The notes below the pieces were generated by a model. That model did no database searches. It had not been told where the DNA came from and saw only the letters and a program-made list of their open reading frames with translations. The translations under genes and the position numbers were made by a program. This document shows, piece by piece, positions 49,304 to 51,698 of a stretch of DNA of 51,698 bases (the first letter of the stretch is position 1; the number at the start of each line of letters is the position of its first letter). Source of the stretch: Oleiphilaceae bacterium. Its GTDB lineage: Bacteria > Pseudomonadota > Gammaproteobacteria > Pseudomonadales > Oleiphilaceae. The stretch lies in the NCBI GenBank assembly GCA_033720775.1, contig JAWWBW010000001.1, positions 1 to 51,698 of the forward strand, written 5' to 3'.

Positions 49304-50240
49304 TTATTCGCTGGATTTTCCGCGTGCGTTTTCGAATGAAAGGCCAGGTGGGGTCATAAAGCGGCACCCCGAAGATTTTGTGGTTGAAGAGTTGATGCCG
49401 GCCAGTTTTTCGGGAGAAGGCGAGCATGACTATCTTTGGATAGAGAAAACGGGGCAGAATACGGATTACGTCGCCCGGCAATTGGCGAGATACGCCGGTG
49501 TGCGCGAGATGGATGTTGGGTTCTCGGGCTTAAAAGACCGACATGCGGTGACGCGGCAGTGGTTTAGCGTATATCGAAGAGGCGCATCATCGATTCATTG
49601 GGGTGAGCTCTCCCTCGAAGGCGTTACCTTACTTGAGCAGACGCGTCATCAAAGTAAGTTGCGGCGCGGGCAGCATGACGGCAATCGCTTTCAAATAAAG
49701 GTGAGGGATATTGGGTATTGGGACGAGTCCCAAGAAAACATATTGAAAAATCTTGGCGATATTGGTTTTCCCAATTACTTTGGAAGGCAACGTTTTGGCA
49801 GAGATGGCGAAAACCTTGTTCGAGGTGCGCGCTTCTTCGCTGGTGAAATAAAAGCTTCGCGTAGCCAAAGAGGTTACTATCTTTCTGCTGCGCGGGCGTA
49901 TCTCTTCAACTGCTGTCTGGCTCGATGTTTAAAGGATGGGTCATGGTCGCAGGCTGAAGCCGCCGGGCCTCTTTTTGGTGATCCACAAGATGGTGTAGCA
50001 GCCATCAATAGTGATGAAGAAAGTATCCTGCAGCAATATCCTGAATTGGCATGTGGTATTCACAAGAATCGAATGAAACTGGAGAGGCGAGCTTACTGTG
50101 TGCGGCCGTGTAGCTTTGAGGCTGAACGGGATGGCGACGTGCTCACGCTGGTGTTTGAATTGCCTGCCGGTGCTTTTGCAACCACCTTACTTGAAGAGCT
50201 GGTTGCGTATACGGATGAGTCGGGTCGAGGAGCCGAATAA
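49296..50240 (+). CDS. truD: tRNA pseudouridine(13) synthase
   Basis: PEDFVVEEL and [12 protein letters not shown] motifs. The GTG at 49296 (8-nt overlap with ispF) gives an N-terminal length like E. coli TruD. The ORF-track start at 49200 lies deep inside ispF. Confidence 0.85.
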   Translation: MTNYSLDFPRAFSNERPGGVIKRHPEDFVVEELMPASFSGEGEHDYLWIEKTGQNTDYVARQLARYAGVREMDVGFSGLKDRHAVTRQWFSVYRRGASSIHWGELSLEGVTLLEQTRHQSKLRRGQHDGNRFQIKVRDIGYWDESQENILKNLGDIGFPNYFGRQRFGRDGENLVRGARFFAGEIKASRSQRGYYLSAARAYLFNCCLARCLKDGSWSQAEAAGPLFGDPQDGVAAINSDEESILQQYPELACGIHKNRMKLERRAYCVRPCSFEAERDGDVLTLVFELPAGAFATTLLEELVAYTDESGRGAE

Positions 50241-50993
50241 ATGATGCGCATTCTGGTTTCGAATGACGATGGTGTCAATGCCGAAGGGATTAACGCCTTG
50301 GCTGAGGTGCTTGCGGAGGTGGCTGATGTGAGAGTGGTTGCACCTGATCGGGATCACAGTGGTGCGAGTGGTTCACTGACATTGTCGAGGCCTTTGCAGG
50401 TGAGTCGGTTGCGCAACGGATATTACTGCGTAGACGGTACTCCGGCAGATAGTGTACATATTGGAGTGACGGCGCTGTTTGATGAAGAATTTGACCGAGT
50501 GGTTTCTGGCATTAATAGTCATGAGAACCTTGGCGATGATGTGCTTTATTCCGGAACTGTTGCAGCGGCCATAGAGGGGCGATTTTTAAAACTGCCTGCC
50601 ATTGCTGTTTCTCTGGTGAATCGCGATAATCACCACTACGAAACGGCGGCGCAAGTGGTGAGAGAATTGCTTTTGCGTCAGTCGATTCTCAATGTACCTC
50701 CCCGTACTGTATTGAATGTTAATGTTCCCGATGTTCCCTATGAACAGCTGAAGGGTATTAAAGTGACTCGCTTGGGTCATCGCGCCAAAGGTATGCCGCC
50801 ACAGGCGATGGCTGATCCGAGAGGGCGGCAACGTTTCTGGATATCCGTTGCTGGCGAGGGGGATGATGCGGGTCCGGGTACTGACTTTCATGCGGTAGCA
50901 CAGGGTTATGTTTCAATTACGCCCTTGCAGGTGGATATGACGCGTCACGGTGCATTGAGCGAACTCGAATTATGGTTAGAGGGTAAGCAGTAG
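50241..50993 (+). CDS. surE: 5'/3'-nucleotidase SurE
   Basis: [10 protein letters not shown]-terminus. 250 aa. The ATG lies directly after the truD stop (the second ATG at 50244 is also possible). Confidence 0.95.
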   Translation: MMRILVSNDDGVNAEGINALAEVLAEVADVRVVAPDRDHSGASGSLTLSRPLQVSRLRNGYYCVDGTPADSVHIGVTALFDEEFDRVVSGINSHENLGDDVLYSGTVAAAIEGRFLKLPAIAVSLVNRDNHHYETAAQVVRELLLRQSILNVPPRTVLNVNVPDVPYEQLKGIKVTRLGHRAKGMPPQAMADPRGRQRFWISVAGEGDDAGPGTDFHAVAQGYVSITPLQVDMTRHGALSELELWLEGKQ

Positions 50994-51026
50994 GTGGTGG
51001 AGTCAGTCAATCTGGCAGGGATAGGT

Positions 51027-51656
51027 ATGACCTCGCGGCGCACACGCATGCGACTCATACAGCGTTTGCGTGACGAAGGAATCAGCGACGAGGCGGTGTT
51101 GTCGGTCATGGCGGATACGCCGCGACACATCTTTTTGGATGAGGCTCTGTCGCATCGAGCTTATGAAGATACTGCCCTTCCCATTGGTTACAACCAAACA
51201 ATTTCCCAGCCTTACATCGTCGCACGAATGACTGAGCTATTAATGATGGGGGCGCCGCGACGCGTGCTGGAGTTGGGTACCGGGTCTGGATATCAGTCTG
51301 CCGTACTCGCTCCGCTAGTCACTGAGCTCTTTACCGTAGAGCGTATTGCTCCTCTTTTGGATAAGGCGAAACAGCGTTTGGCGCATCTTGGTTATCGCAA
51401 TGTTTATGCTCGCCATGCTGATGGCGGCATTGGTTGGCCTGAGCGGGCGCCGTTTGACGCCATTATTGTTACGGCGGCCCCTAACGAATTGCCGGGCGAG
51501 TTGCTGCGTCAACTTAAAGACGGTGGGCGGATGATCGTGCCTCTCGGAGAAAGAAAGCAGCACCTAACTGTGGTCACACGTCGTGGTGATCGTTTTGAAC
51601 ATGAAACCATAGAACCCGTGTTATTTGTGCCTTTTCTGCCCGGGACCGTACGCTAA
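51027..51656 (+). CDS. pcm: Protein-L-isoaspartate O-methyltransferase
   Basis: ISQPYIVARM and LELGTGSGYQSA. The ATG at 51027 (MTSRRTRMRLIQRL, AGGGA 5 nt upstream) fits pseudomonad Pcm N-termini better than the listed GTG at 50994. Confidence 0.9.
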   Translation: MTSRRTRMRLIQRLRDEGISDEAVLSVMADTPRHIFLDEALSHRAYEDTALPIGYNQTISQPYIVARMTELLMMGAPRRVLELGTGSGYQSAVLAPLVTELFTVERIAPLLDKAKQRLAHLGYRNVYARHADGGIGWPERAPFDAIIVTAAPNELPGELLRQLKDGGRMIVPLGERKQHLTVVTRRGDRFEHETIEPVLFVPFLPGTVR

Positions 51657-51698
51657 ACAGGAGAACTGCTTTGAAGCCGGAGGTTTGGCTGTTCCTTA

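Overview
Chromosomal window from a gammaproteobacterium. Gene order matches conserved Pseudomonas-like and marine gammaproteobacterial core blocks: ppa-rpiA, ilvA, ygfA-ssrS-zapA / ygfB-pepP-ubiH-ubiI, rsmE-tatCBA-hisE-ubiB-ubiJ-ubiE, and pyrG-kdsA-eno-ftsB-ispD-ispF-truD-surE-pcm. About 50 protein genes are supportable, nearly all from recognisable motifs in the supplied translations. Several starts were moved downstream of the ORF-track start where an ATG or GTG fits family length or translational coupling better. One RNA gene is invisible to the ORF track: 6S RNA (ssrS) on the minus strand between zapA and the 5-formyl-THF cyclo-ligase gene. I saw no tRNA, rRNA, CRISPR array, transposase, integrase or phage gene, and nothing that looks like a defence island. 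Two less conserved stretches interrupt the core and are the best candidates for undescribed functional modules. (i) 17.4-31.6 kb is a lipid-oriented neighbourhood: a PHA-system-like small protein, a FATP-type acyl-CoA synthetase, a crotonase translationally coupled to an uncharacterised helical protein, two alpha/beta hydrolases, a WS/DGAT wax-ester synthase, DUF2288, a YCF48-like beta-propeller plus RND/MMPL exporter, and a lipoprotein with four tandem Ig-like modules plus an FN3-like domain. (ii) 37.1-43.6 kb is a seven-gene co-directional cluster joining an orphan PhnD-like binding protein, lutABC and a complete ABC importer of the poorly characterised PF04392/COG2984 type. Everything beyond family membership for these is inference and needs HMM, synteny and experimental checks. 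Smaller oddities are a hemerythrin-like gene split by a frameshift, a G11 tract inside ubiI, hisE without hisI, a sensor-less MCP, and orphan terminator-like hairpins.
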